A stretch of DNA of 64,000 bases, taken from Tubiluchus corallicola. Lineage: Eukaryota; Animalia; Priapulida. The notes beneath the pieces are model-generated. The model had not been told where the DNA came from. It ran no database searches and worked only from the letters and a program-made list of their open reading frames with translations. Positions 40,311 through 52,714 of the stretch are shown piece after piece. The stretch spans positions 117,962 to 181,961 of the forward strand of contig JAQGDQ010000461.1 of assembly GCA_030141605.1 (NCBI GenBank), given 5' to 3'. Position numbers and translations under genes: made by a program. Numbering within the stretch: the first letter of the stretch is position 1; each line of letters opens with the position of its first letter.

Positions 40311-41850
40311 TAGGAATGGGACCGAATCTGGATCTGGCTCCAATAAAATAAGTCCAAGTTCAGTAAGCCTACTGTTCTTCATTTAAGTCATACAAAGTAG
40401 TAGTTTGCATACCAGTTAAAGCTCAGTATAACGATCAACTTCAAAATAAAATACTGCTTACACCAAATTCGCTTACAACAAACTTAGATGAGAAAAAATA
40501 TAACTGCCGTGCACAAGTGTCCCAATTTTTATTAGTACAGCAAATCTTTCAAAATATTTTGAAAACAGATGTATGACACGAGTGGTAATTAGCTGTTTTT
40601 TGAAGCTGATCAAAAACTGTGGGCACACGCGTATACTGCAGCTTGTTTTTTTCAATTTCACAGTGAATGTCAATTGTCAGCCAATGTTACAGTACTTAAT
40701 TTTTGCTATTTCTAGAGCATTAAGACAGATCTCCGTTAAATTAGAGTTTTTAAATCGGCAATAAAACTTCCTATAAATTGTGAATATTTAAAATATTTTT
40801 GGAACAGTAAATCCTCGGCTTAACAACTCTAATGTGTAACGTGACATTAAGCGAAACGTCTTTAAACAAAGCCAAGACTTCCATAGAAAGGAATGTAAAA
40901 GAACTGAGATACGTTCCAGAGACAAAAATCAATGCTGCTTAAATCATATAAATTAAAGGTTTTATGAGTTTTTACTCATGTTTCTACTGACTAATTTCTT
41001 TCTGCTTGCTTGAAGCCACCCATGTATATTACTTGCCTAGCTAGCGGTTTCTCTTTCGTTAACATTGTGTAGGCAGCAGTTAAACAATAAATACTGCAGC
41101 AGAGTTAAAGCCAGGCATAGGGCGATCTTGGGAATTTTATCTAGTTTGGTTACTATAGCAACAGGTTGCAGGTAAAATTCCTTACATAAAGTTTACTCCC
41201 AGGTCTAGCTAGATACAAACGGCTAGCATTTGGTGGACAGTCGGGAAGCAAAAACGTATAAGTGTATAATAATTCCACTGTTTACGTTACTAGTGCATTT
41301 TTAGAACAGAATAACACAATGTGTGCTGTTTTATTGCATCAAATTAGGTAAAAAAGTTGTTGATAAAATAAAAATTGGTTTCCAGCAAAGTAAAAAAATC
41401 GTTGTTAAAACTAAACAGTGCGTCGTTAAGTAAAAAAAGGTGTCAAATGTTCAGCATCGTTAAAACGAAAAGTCGTTAAGCAAGGACTTACTGTATCTAT
41501 TAATAATTACGACTAAAATATTAGCAAAGCACAGTGTTCTTGGAGTTATTAGTACCAATTACTTTAAATTGCGATAATGATGTAAATGAAAAAACACAAC
41601 TAGGCAAGTACACTGATATAACATTTACTTGAAATACTATTATAAATTCTTACGCTACTTTTTAAGCGATTTTGTGGAAATTTATACAGTTTTAAGCTCA
41701 GAAAACTCAGAAAAGCAGGGTTTTTTAAATAGCATCACTTACTTAGACATTGTAGGCATATTCAAATGAAAAGCCAGCTTAGAGCCGGGCTCGACTCAGA
41801 TCCATAAGCCAAAAACTGGATCCACTAAAAAGTGATTCGTACCATCCCTA
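40311..41850. mobile_element. Old hAT-like element (TAGG(G/A)ATGG termini) containing a nested MITE
   Basis: TAGGAATGGGACCGAATC ... GATTCGTACCATCCCTA; GGATC subterminal motifs; TSD not preserved. Confidence 0.5.
40805..41493. mobile_element. Tc1/pogo(Tigger)-like MITE
   Basis: TIR CAGTAAATCCTCGGCTTAACAAC / GTCGTTAAGCAAGGACTTACTG|TA with subterminal GTCGTTAA repeats. Confidence 0.65.
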
Positions 41851-41892
41851 CTAACAATTAATAACACTATACAAGTATACATGCATATATTA

Positions 41893-42313
41893 CACTCATA
41901 TCTCGGTTTGCCAGACAAAGGCGGGAGAGATGTTGGTCAGAATTTGTCGATAGTCCATATTTGCCGATACTAAACTAATACAGCAGGCGTCGTGTGTTAG
42001 ACTCACAGCAATGTAGAATCAATCGCCTAATTATCTCAAAAACGTCTAGTACGGGCTGCTCCTATTGATTCAAATAATTCCGCATAATTGATTTTTTTAC
42101 TAGTTTCATCTCGTCTTACTTTGCTTTTGTGCATCGTCTTCTTATCCGCTGCTTGGTTACACTGACGTAATGATGTAAACAAAGTGGCAAACTGGTGGTC
42201 AGCTCACGAAACAATGGACAGTGTCCGCAGTATGTGGGTTTTTAAAAGGTCCAGATTTGTCCGATTCTTCTGATATCCATAAAAGTGAGGTCCAGAAAAC
42301 CGCGATATGAGTG
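41893..42313. mobile_element. Tc1/mariner-pogo-like MITE just downstream of the SPAG7 stop codon
   Basis: TA|CACTCATATCTCGGTTTGCCAGAC ... GTCCAGAAAACCGCGATATGAGTG|TA. Confidence 0.8.
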
Positions 42314-42339
42314 TATTTCCCACCTTACACTTTTAGGAA

Positions 42340-45300
42340 TCAACTGTCACACATCTGTTTGCTAGATACACCCTGATCAAACGCTACACCTTGTTCGTCC
42401 GCCATAGAGTCTTGCTGTAGAACTTTTTGCTTCTTCTTTTCTCTAATTGCATTCATAGTTTCTTCTATAGATCGCTTGTCAGTTTTATTTTCACTTGGCA
42501 CTGCAAAGTTAATAATAGATGTAAAATGAACATAATCAGCTTTGGTCTTATTGCAACAAGCGAGGCTACAGGTAGACAACAAAATACAAAAATAACAGTA
42601 TTTTAATAGTTTTGCAGCAAACAGGTTGTAAATTTATTTGATATGCTTAGCTAATCTAATGACGTACCTTATGCACAAAAGACTGTTTCATTCTTTTTAT
42701 CCTTATGTTTGTTCATTTGATAAACAAACAGTTGTTGTTCCGTATGTTATTACTTGTACATATTTTCATGTAAAGCCAAAATGAAATTAGTGCGATTAAA
42801 TAGGAAGAATAAATTTTTTTCTTATCTTATCTTAAATTCATTGCATGAATGCTGTACCCAACTTCACAATAAATCCTCAAATATCACAATAGCAAAACAG
42901 GGATAATTATTTATATAACAAAGCAAGCAGTAAGAAATAGGCCTGCCTTAACTACAACAGTTAGCTACTACACTGTAAGAGCAAACACTGCTTTAAAGAA
43001 AAGATGTCAAATTTTACTATTGGTGTTCTGAATTATGATCACAATCAGAAACATATGAGCAAACTTGAGCATCAACCTCTTATGTGGATTCAGACTTTCA
43101 GTTTGGTAATCAACTATTAACTAACATTGCAAATGGGAGTGTGAAATGTTTTGTAAATGTTATTTTTGGATTCGTAAAACTGTACTATTTGAAGTTTTGG
43201 GTTTTTTTAGGTCTATAAAACAGAAACCAAGACTACATTGTCACCAAGGATATTTTTATTCTAGAAAAGCAGCAATGTCAGCACTTTTTAGGAAAATTTT
43301 TTCACACACTCCTTGGAATATATATGCTATTAAAGCACTCCCTATTAAAAGCTATATAACTATGATCCTAAGCAGCACAAGTACCTTATCATTAACACAC
43401 TAAGAAAGTTTTGAAAAAACACATGAAATTATTACCAGTCAAGTGTTTATATTATTTATTTAAATTTTTTACATCAATTTCAAATTTATGAAATACTTGT
43501 TTGCAAGTTGTTGATGATAGTCCCAGAATCAAAACGTAGATCTTTCCAGTTTATAGAAACATGTACCTCTTTCAGGTGGGAAATTCCAAAAAAATGTAGT
43601 GATAGTAGGTCATACTTATCTACTTGTTTTTTAAGTAAAGCAAATCACAACATTCATATTCTTGAAATCCCTGATTACTACCTGTGAATAGGAGGTTATG
43701 TTTTAATCGTCGTTAGTATGGTTATTCGGTTCGTTAATAAGATTACGCAAAAACTAAGTTACCTGATGACATCAGAATAACTCGCGACATGATAACCTAA
43801 CCAGCTGCGTAGTTTAGTAAATGATAATAATAATTCATTTTTAGAGAAGGTCACAATTCTAAAAAGATTCTGTAGCATTTAACACACTTTTAGACATTGA
43901 TAAAAAAATATTATCACAAACCAAAAGTATAAAAGTAAGACGTATTAAATCACACTCACCAGGCCTGGGTGCCAATTTGTAGTCGTTAACAGCACTGGGT
44001 TTGAGAATAAGAGTACCTCGCATAAAAGAAGCTCTTAAATAATTCATTAAAGCATCATTTATACTACAGTAAGTTTACATTCTACAAAGATGGGTTAAAC
44101 GACCATTATTAGCATGACTGCTTACCAAAACCATATTGTTTGTTAGCAGTTGTAAGTTTAGCCGCATCCTTTGCAGCTGCCTTTCCAATGATTTTTTCAT
44201 ATTTGTCCTTGTAATTAGAAACTGGTATTACGGTATCCTTTTGCCTCTTCATGCTTTCTTCTCTTTCTAACTTTTCCATCTCCTAAACACATCAATGATT
44301 GTAAACTGTTTAGTAGACAACAAAAAATTAAAATTAATCTTACTGTCTCTAAGTTCTTTACTAAATAGGTTTTACGACAAAGCACAAATGAATAACACAG
44401 ATCACTAAGAATGAAAGCCACACAAACTTTGAGTGAAGAAATAAGTTACTACAAGCGATTATTGATCAATTGCTGATAAAATAAATAAAATAGTGCAAAC
44501 TTCTACAACCAGTTATAGGTCATCCACGCGGTAGTAATAATAATTACCACGTGGACGACCTATAACTGAATGAAAAGCTTTGTACTACAGCCAACTGGTA
44601 AAACGCTGCCTTTCTCAAGTTTATCAGTGTTGAAAGACTGAGTGGACGCTGACAATAATAATGAAATTTGAATTTGACAATATGAAGATACTCTTGATAC
44701 AGAAATTAGAAGGAAAAGCACGAGTTTCTAAATTATATTCAGATAACACTAAGAAAATGTGATGACTGAACAAATAATGCAGAAAAAGTAGGTTGCCAAG
44801 TCACCTTGCTGGCGGCTCGCGCTTTTACAGGCTATTTGCCGTAGTGCGAGCGAAAGTTCCTATACATTTCCTAATGCAAGTCTATAAAAATTACGCACAG
44901 TCAGTCATGGAAATTTCTCCACTCACGCACTTACAAAATATAGTTTATGCAGTCGCTTTTTGTTAGTAACTCATTGTTTTAAATAACAATGCACCATTTA
45001 TGCACCCGCTACAAATGGGTATTTCTAACTGGATCACTACAGCGCATATTATTGTTGTTTATTCCAAGAATGACGACTTGCTTCATTTCTTTGCTGAAAA
45101 CCTGTTTTTATTTTGCTTTCCCCGTTGCAGCACGAGCTACAACAAAGATCGTTTTGCTGCAAGCTATTTTGGCCTTATTTCAGAAATGAACAGAACCAGC
45201 ACATACACCTACACCTACAGAACACCCCTACAGCGCAATTACATGTTTGTGGAACTGAGCAAATAATCAGTGATAACTGATCGTGTGGACAGGGCTCACA

Positions 45301-48300
45301 AAAAATTTTGAATTTCATTCGTTTGAATGTCATTCTTTTGAAGGAGCATATGGACTAGGCATTACTCACTTTAATTATTGTGTACTGCATGGTTATTGTA
45401 ACTAACTAGCAAACTGCTCAGTGCCTACAACAAACACAGTAATTTACTCATTTTTGTATCCATTGTTTTAGATTTTAACCTTTTGTTGTTGTAACTCCGC
45501 TGCTCTTTCTTCGCTCCATTCTTCTCCTCGTCGATAGGCTAGCAGTTCATCATCACAAGGAGCAAATTCTTTCTTCCACAGCATTACATACCTATCCACT
45601 TCTTCCAAACCAAAAGAAAATGACACAAGTCCAGCTACTTCTGCACAATCATGTACAATAGTTCGTGCAACTTTGTCCATAGGTTCAAATTTTATTTTCT
45701 TCTGGCTGCTGTCCTGTATAAATTTCAGTATTTTTTCCTGGATGCGATGCCTGAACTTGTGCATTTGAACCTTTTCTGCTTTTTGTTGCTTCTCAAGTTT
45801 ATCTCTTTGTTCTGAAAGAAGAACAGTCAGTTTTATTAAATACATTGGCCTAAAAAGACAAATTTTCTGCTGCTAAGAGAATTTTTATTTTGAAGCACAG
45901 CATATTAACAATAGCTAACTGCTCGCTAACAAATCACTCAAAGCTGAAAGGAGCTATTCTCAAATAGAAAGTTTGTTGTTCTTATTTATACAGATTTCTT
46001 GTTTTTCTTTCTTGTTTCTGTCTTTAATGTTGATCCAGCCGTACCTGTCATATCGTCAGTCACACCTGTCATAATTGCCGCAATCGCTGCAGCTATAGTC
46101 ACCGCATCCAGATATCCGCATACTATAACAGTGCCCTAATATTTACATACTTTCTGGTCTGGAAAATGCAGTTACTGTTGCAGGAGTTGGATTCGAGGTA
46201 GTGAGAAAAAGAATCTTTCCAAGTAGATGATATTTCATTTGTTTGATCTACAGTTTTTTAAGAGATTAGAAACTCCTTGAATTTTACAAAATTCAAAAGC
46301 GACTTAAATTCACCCATTTCCAAGAACAGAGTATAGCTAGATAACCAATGTCGCTAAATGGTATGTCAGATCTCACGACTGAACCCAAATGCCACCTTTA
46401 GTGCTTAAACAATCTAAATTATCTACATTTCTAAATATGCTGTCTGAAAATGCCTAGCGTCCAAATGTCTAATGTTATAAAAACACACGATGGGTCTAAA
46501 CAGCTTACATATTGTGATAACTTATACGTCCTAATCACCTTGTGTCCAAACGTCCAATGTGTCAAAAATACCTTGTGTCCAAATGTGGTATATGTGTGCT
46601 TGCACAGCAAAACCGTCCGGACGGTGGCTAAGATTTTTCGCTTAGCCAAACGTTCTGAATCTCCATTTCGTTAGAATCATTTTAACATCAAGTTCATCAT
46701 TCTATGTTATTTCTAAGCTGAGATAATCCACGTTGAAGTTGAGGTGTGCACCATGTAGCAAAAAACATAATCTTGAGAAAATCGCTGTTAAAGTTTGTCA
46801 ATGTTTTTATCACGTTTCTACAGAACCACCTTAGCAACCGTATGAAATGGTGGTTGATATGGACTTTGTAAATGTACCTGGTACAGCAGGCGATTTTGGT
46901 TAATTTCCTTAACAAGTACTAGTAATTTACTATGTTGAGTGAAAAAAAATGAAAGATTTTCATTAATAATCACTTACCTGTGACAATCATTAAATTACCT
47001 GCTATAAATTCAGAAAAAGATATCGAGAAAATGATTATTTTTCAGCACAAAACCATTTTTCCTGAAATTACGACTACTAATGCTTTTGCTCACACAGGTA
47101 TGGTGATTATCTAATTGATTATTACAGGTGTAACAATAGCTTTTTCCTACATTACATGCACAAAATTTCTCAGCACACAGCGGCCATGAGACATCGTGCA
47201 TGTAACTTAGGTAGAACATATATTAATCACAGATGTGCATTCTATTTAAAAATGAAATGGCTGTGTTCTTGAATATTTTTTCGGGAAATATTACACTGTT
47301 TTAAGGCATACTAACCTGTTTTCTGTGCAAAGAAATATAGTTCGTAGAGTACTTCTAATCACAGGTTAATTACAGGTGTGCATGCATGTTCTATGCTATT
47401 ATATACTATGCGTTACACAAAAAATGTATTCTGTTCTAGCGCTTTATAGATGTTTTTTTGAAAAGCTTAAGTAATATTTATATGTAGTGTACCTGTATGA
47501 AAAATTAAGTAATTATAGGTAACTAACAAGTATGCATAACAATTATACACGGATGGTTTTTCATTGGCTTTGACAAAAAAAATCGTTCTAAGTGTGACAA
47601 AGTACATCACATTGTACTCTTCAGATATAATCAAATCGGCTGCTTTGAAGACTTTAATGGCTTTGGTTATTAATTACAGGTGTAAATGAAACAAATGAAG
47701 GAAAGCCATTATAGGTATACATGATAGGTGCTTTATCAAAATATTTTAGCTTTGCTATTTACATTATTTCAATCGTTGCTGTTCTTTACTTTTTCACATT
47801 ACAGTCTAACCTCGTTATCTCGCCGCTGTCCGTCTAGGGTGAGAGGCGAGTTTGGCGAGATAACGGGAATATAACGAAGTTAGTCTATATGTATATACAT
47901 ACTGTACATAATAGTTGATTAACATAGTGTTCCTCTATGTATATATAAAATATATTTCGCATGATGATACCAATCAACATTAAATCAGAAATGAAAAAAT
48001 GTCATAAAAATAATCTTAGAATGTTACTTTTTTATTTAAAAAACCTTTTTCGAATATACACTTAAATGCAATAAACTTAGCAAAAGATTTAGAAATGTTC
48101 ACAAATGAGTTACTGACGACTGAAATAATTCAGAAGTGACGACTGTTTCATTGATGATACACGCAAGCAGTCAACACGACGTTTACAGACAAAACAGTTT
48201 TCGCTTCAGAGACATCATGTAAAGTTGCTCAAACTTTGTGGAAACTCAAACTTAAACGCAGCTTTGGTGTTATAGAGTAAGGATATCGGTGACGCTTTAG

Positions 48301-51300
48301 TTTCTCTGTGCATTAACCAACCACAGCACTCCTAATCTAATCCTGGTGAGACACACACTACATTAATTATGTCTGTCTATCGAGTACAGCAGCATTGTCT
48401 ACATACCGCGGTTATATTGATCGACACGCGGTATATGTATTGATCGATTCACCTCTGAGTTTGTCTGTTTGGCGACATAACGAATATAGTTTACATAAGC
48501 ACTCATCCTAGCATGACGTGGCGAGGGCGAGAAGCGAGGGTGGCGACTTAACGAGGTAAAAATCAAAGCAGGAAAGCCGTCCTGGTACTTTCTATGGCGA
48601 GAGACGAGTTTGGCGGCATAACGAGGGGCGAGATAACGAGGTTAGACTGTACATGTTTCTCCTGTACCATATACATATAATGTTATTACACGTTATGATG
48701 TCACCAGACTCAGACTAGTACGATAATTAAATGGCTGTGAACGTAATCTCGCGCTATATATTTAATATTAAATTATACTATATATAAATTATTATATATA
48801 TTAAATATTATATTAAATAAATATATATATACATATATATTAATATATTAAATATAATACTATATATTATAGCGCGAGATTACATTCACATCCATTTAAT
48901 TATTGTACTAGTCTGAGGCTGGTGACATCATAACGTGTAATAACATAATATGAACAATTTAAATAACTAGGTGACTGTACCTAATTCCAGGTGAGTTAAA
49001 CTAACATCACAAGTTCTTAGCGCTACAAATTTGGATGTGCTGTGAAAATTATTTTATATTTAATATTTCCTGTTAAAAAAATAGCATTGCAATAAAAATC
49101 ATAAAAAAGTATAATTTATTGTACATTGCATAACTGACAAAGCATAAGGTCAGTGCATTCATGTTAATTCAGTAAAAGACTTCAATATTGTTATCAAACA
49201 AGGTAGCAGCTCACACATTTATTTTCAACCATCTAGACTAAAAAAAGTAATAATTTATATATGCAAATTTACCCTAAATTGTTGAAATGCATGTATGTCA
49301 ATAAAAAATACTCACATTATAAGAAGACCTACACATACATGTGTCAATACTTAACTATTCAACATGTACTAAAAATCCTAATAATGATCACTGTGCTATA
49401 GGCAATAATTAATTTAATTAACGTAATAACTGATTTACAATAATATCTATAACTCTTTTCTTAAACCTGCTTGTACGTGTTCACAATTTCAGATTCTGAA
49501 GATGAAAATCCATGTCCTATGTAGTAGAAAGCAAGCTACAACATGATAATAATGATTACTTGTTCTTTGACAAGCCTATTGGTATATTTTGCCCGATTCA
49601 CGGTAAACATTCACTGTAACACATGATTAGACAAATCCAGACATGTTTCAGTCTTAAATCAATTTAGCTTTTATCACAGGTGTTTGTACTTGCAGTCAGA
49701 TTCCATTATATATTAGGTATGATATGTAGATGTAATTAAGTTTCCAATGTACACATTCACTCATGAATGAATAAGCTGTTGTCCAATACAATCCACCCGG
49801 CAATTGCAGAAATAACCTTTTCTGCCTTAAGGATTCAAATAAGGATTTATTTACCTGTGTCTGAAGCCTTGGGTTCAGCTACCAAATTCTTCAGCTGTCA
49901 CCACTGTTTTCCCATCTATGGACATTGATATTCTAGACAGCTTGAAACGAACATTTCTGCATAAATTATGAGATCTACCAAGCCACTAAGTTGACAGTTT
50001 GATGGCCGTCGTAAACGTGTAGGCATGGCAAAGTGCTGCTGTACCTTATTGGCCAGCTTTAATAAGCGATGACGTTGCAGTTGTACATCACCTTAGAAGC
50101 GAAGCAAGCATGAACATAATTGCTATTTTGCAGTTTTGTTTATGACAAACAATGTGTAAATATAAATAACTGTTGCAATTACAATTAAATCCAGTAGATG
50201 GCTGTGCAAGATAGTGGAAAAAATCGCAAGAGAAATGGCAGTTTCCACGCAGTACTATCGGAGTTTGAAAATACGAATTTTTCGAGTTTTTAGGCAGGGA
50301 CACGAGAAAGGGGTAGTAAAAATTTAATTTTTAGTATTTTAGAACCTTTTACAAGCGTTTTAATGGTATAATATGAAGCATAAATATATTTAGCCTTTGT
50401 TTTTATCAAAAACAAAAAACTGATATCGGAGCCGATTTTTGGTGCACTCTACTTTGAGGCTTCATAACACTGTTGTTACTAAGCCGACCTCCGGACGGTT
50501 TTGGTCTGCAAGCACATATATAGTCCAGATGTCCTGTGTACCCAAACTACCTCCCAAAAGTCCTATGCCTCCAATATACTGAGTGCCCAAATGACCTATC
50601 TGTCCAAACCTCTACTGTCTAAATAGCCAATAGATAGACGTGTCCAAATGACCTGTGTCCTTACCTTAGGATACCTTAGGTTGTTTTGGCAAATTAAAAA
50701 CTTCTAGCCAAATCTTGAGTATATGTCAGATGTCAAATTCTCAACTGAGGCCTCATAATTGTAGACCAGTGCTTATCCAGCCTATGTTTGAATGTATTTA
50801 CAGTGGGTGCAGATACCACTCATTTATCAGACTGTTACAGGTGTTAATGATCCTACTTCAAAAGCTGTGGAGACGTACAGAATTGTTTGCACTATTCTTA
50901 TATAGCTTCAGAAGATGTCCTCTTGTTGAACTTCTAGCAACCACTGCCCTGAGATTTAGCTTGGCACTAACAGCAGCATCATACTTTTGGTGCAGGATTT
51001 TACACGTTTCTGTCATGTTAACTCTAAGCCATCTGTAGGCCAGTGTAGGTAGTTTTAGCTGAGTGAGTCTCTCTTCATATGGTAATAATTCTTTTAAGTC
51101 CATCAAGGTTCTTGTGGTTTATCTCTGAACCTGCTCAATGCTATCAATTAAGCTAATCATAACAGGGTGCCAATCTGAGCAGGAGAATTCAAAATGTGGC
51201 CTTACTAGCACCTTGTATAATCAAATAAAGGTATCATGATCCATACAGATGAAGCTTCTCTTTATTATTCCCACCACTGCCTTGGCTTTACTGATCTTTT

Positions 51301-51905
51301 CTTGAACATGTCCCTAGAAAGTTAGCAGTCTTTCGAATGTTACTCCCATATCCTTTTCGGATGCCACCCATGGAAACTGCTTGCACTCCATCTGGACTCC
51401 AATTGTCAATCTCCTCATGCAGTCATACAGGTAATTTTTTCTGCTGTAACTATCTGCCAATTTATTTTACATCAGATCATCAAAAATCGCTCTGTATTTT
51501 TTTTTGCATTATGCTTGCGTTATAAAGTAAATTTCAGTTGCCATTGTTATTATGTTTCTGATGTCAGATTTTTATTTCAGTTCTTGTTTCAGTCCTTATT
51601 TCAGTTATCTTCAGTTTGATTTTTTTATTATTATTATTATGCACTTATTATTACTGTGTATGAATTGTACTAACACGTTATAAGCATATCATTATCAATT
51701 TTATGTCATTCGTAACAATTTAGTTTTTATTATAAGCAGTACTAACACTAATACACTGTAGCATAGCGCCTTCAAAAAAATGTTCATCACTAACCAAAGG
51801 GCAGCTGACTAGATGACCAATTGGTCTTTCGCTGCCCTTTCTTCACATTTTTGTCGCTAAATTAATTGTATTGTAACTGTGTGTGTGTTAAAAGATAAAT
51901 AAAAG

Positions 51906-51948
<43 letters not shown>

Positions 51949-52496
51949 TATTGCAATCACTTCCATAAATCAACTTATACTCACTGGCAGGATTGTCTTT
52001 TTTACTACTTGTGATGTTCAGATCCTCCTAGACGCAATATTTAGAGGCATTAATAAGTAACAAATAATTTTATTTTGTTAGTGATGATAGATGAGGCTGT
52101 ATGGGCAATTAAAATGACATGGTTTAGCGTGTACATGAAAACACTACAGAGGACATTTCCGCTTAAGACATTTTCATGTACTAAAGTGCCATGTATCGCT
52201 TAGCTGAGTACCCTACCTTGCGGTGATTCAAGTAGTACACCGCGCTGACATACAAAGCGAGGCAGTACAAGGCGAGACGGTAGACGACTAAACGGTACTG
52301 CAATACATTGTGAGGCGGTACACGGGCGTCCACAAAGCCCAAACGCCCCATGTAGTATCACCAATGAATGGCATAGAGCCTTAGAATAGATTAATGAAGT
52401 GAACTAGACCTAACCGCGAGCTAGTTTTTTCTCCTTATCCCCAACTGACGGTGGTTTTTCCATAGAATCCAATATTGAACCTAACAGATCTGCCAT
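42340..52496 (-). CDS. SPAG7: Sperm-associated antigen 7 homolog (R3H-domain protein), ~243 aa
   Basis: Exons 52415-52496 (MADLLGSILDSMEKPPSVGD), 45480-45811 (R3H: FEPMDKVARTIVHDCAEVAGLVSFSFG...KKEFAPCDDELLAYRRGEEW), 44126-44282 (YKDKYEKIIGKAAAKDAA), 42340-42500 (VPSENKTDKRSIEETMNAIR); all phases match. Confidence 0.95.
44510..44568. other. 26-bp imperfect hairpin in SPAG7 intron 2
   Basis: CAGTTATAGGTCATCCACGCGGTAGT ... ATTACCACGTGGACGACCTATAACTG (23/26 Watson-Crick pairs). Confidence 0.8.
47802..48649. mobile_element. Tc1/pogo(Tigger)-like MITE
   Basis: Perfect 23-bp TIR CAGTCTAACCTCGTTATCTCGCC, TA TSDs, subterminal GGCGAGATAACG-like repeats. Confidence 0.9.
48674..48952. repeat. Fold-back palindrome: ~80-bp arms around an almost pure A/T spacer
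   Basis: ATGTTATTACACGTTATGATGTCACCAG...GTAATCTCGCGCTATA / TATAGCGCGAGATTAC...CTGGTGACATCATAACGTGTAATAACAT. Confidence 0.85.
50740..51420 (-). mobile_element. Decayed CR1-clade LINE ORF2 C-terminal fragment
   Basis: Translations LYKVLVRPHFEFSCSDWHP and YEERLTQLKLPTLAYRWLRVNMTETCKIL...STRGHLLKLYK are typical of CR1 ORF2 downstream of RT; stops and frameshifts present. Confidence 0.85.
51796..51952 (+). mobile_element. Probable LINE/SINE 3' end with (ATT)n tail
   Basis: Stem-loop AAAGGGCAGC..GACCAATTGGTC..GCTGCCCTTT, then AATAAA and (ATT)n. Confidence 0.55.
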
Positions 52497-52714
52497 GCTT
52501 TAGCACCACTTCTCCTAAGTTAGTAAACTAAAAAGCGTTGAAATCCAAATCCAGAATTAAACACATTAAACCACACCAAACAGTATCACGCAGCACTCAA
52601 GCTAACGTTTCTACTTTCTGCCGCTGGGTGCCGCCATGTATTTAATAACGTAGTGACATCTGTCGGTCACCTTCGTAGACTGAGGCAGTTTGCACTCTAC
52701 ACTTTGCAGACAAC
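52497..52714. promoter_or_regulatory. Bidirectional promoter region between SPAG7 and NDUFB5
   Basis: Divergent ATGs only 218 bp apart; locally GC-richer; YY1-like GCCGCCATGT at ~52630. Confidence 0.7.

Larger units (their letters stand above)
46596..50515. mobile_element. ~3.9-kb TIR element in SPAG7 intron 1 (includes nested MITEs); superfamily uncertain
   Basis: Inverted ~37-bp ends GTGCTTGCACAGCAAAACCGTCCGGACGGTGGCTAAG / CTAAGCCGACCTCCGGACGGTTTTGGTCTGCAAGCAC; flanks ATGT/ATAT. Both flanks continue the same CCAAATG-motif array (~46345-46590, ~50521-50660). Confidence 0.6.
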
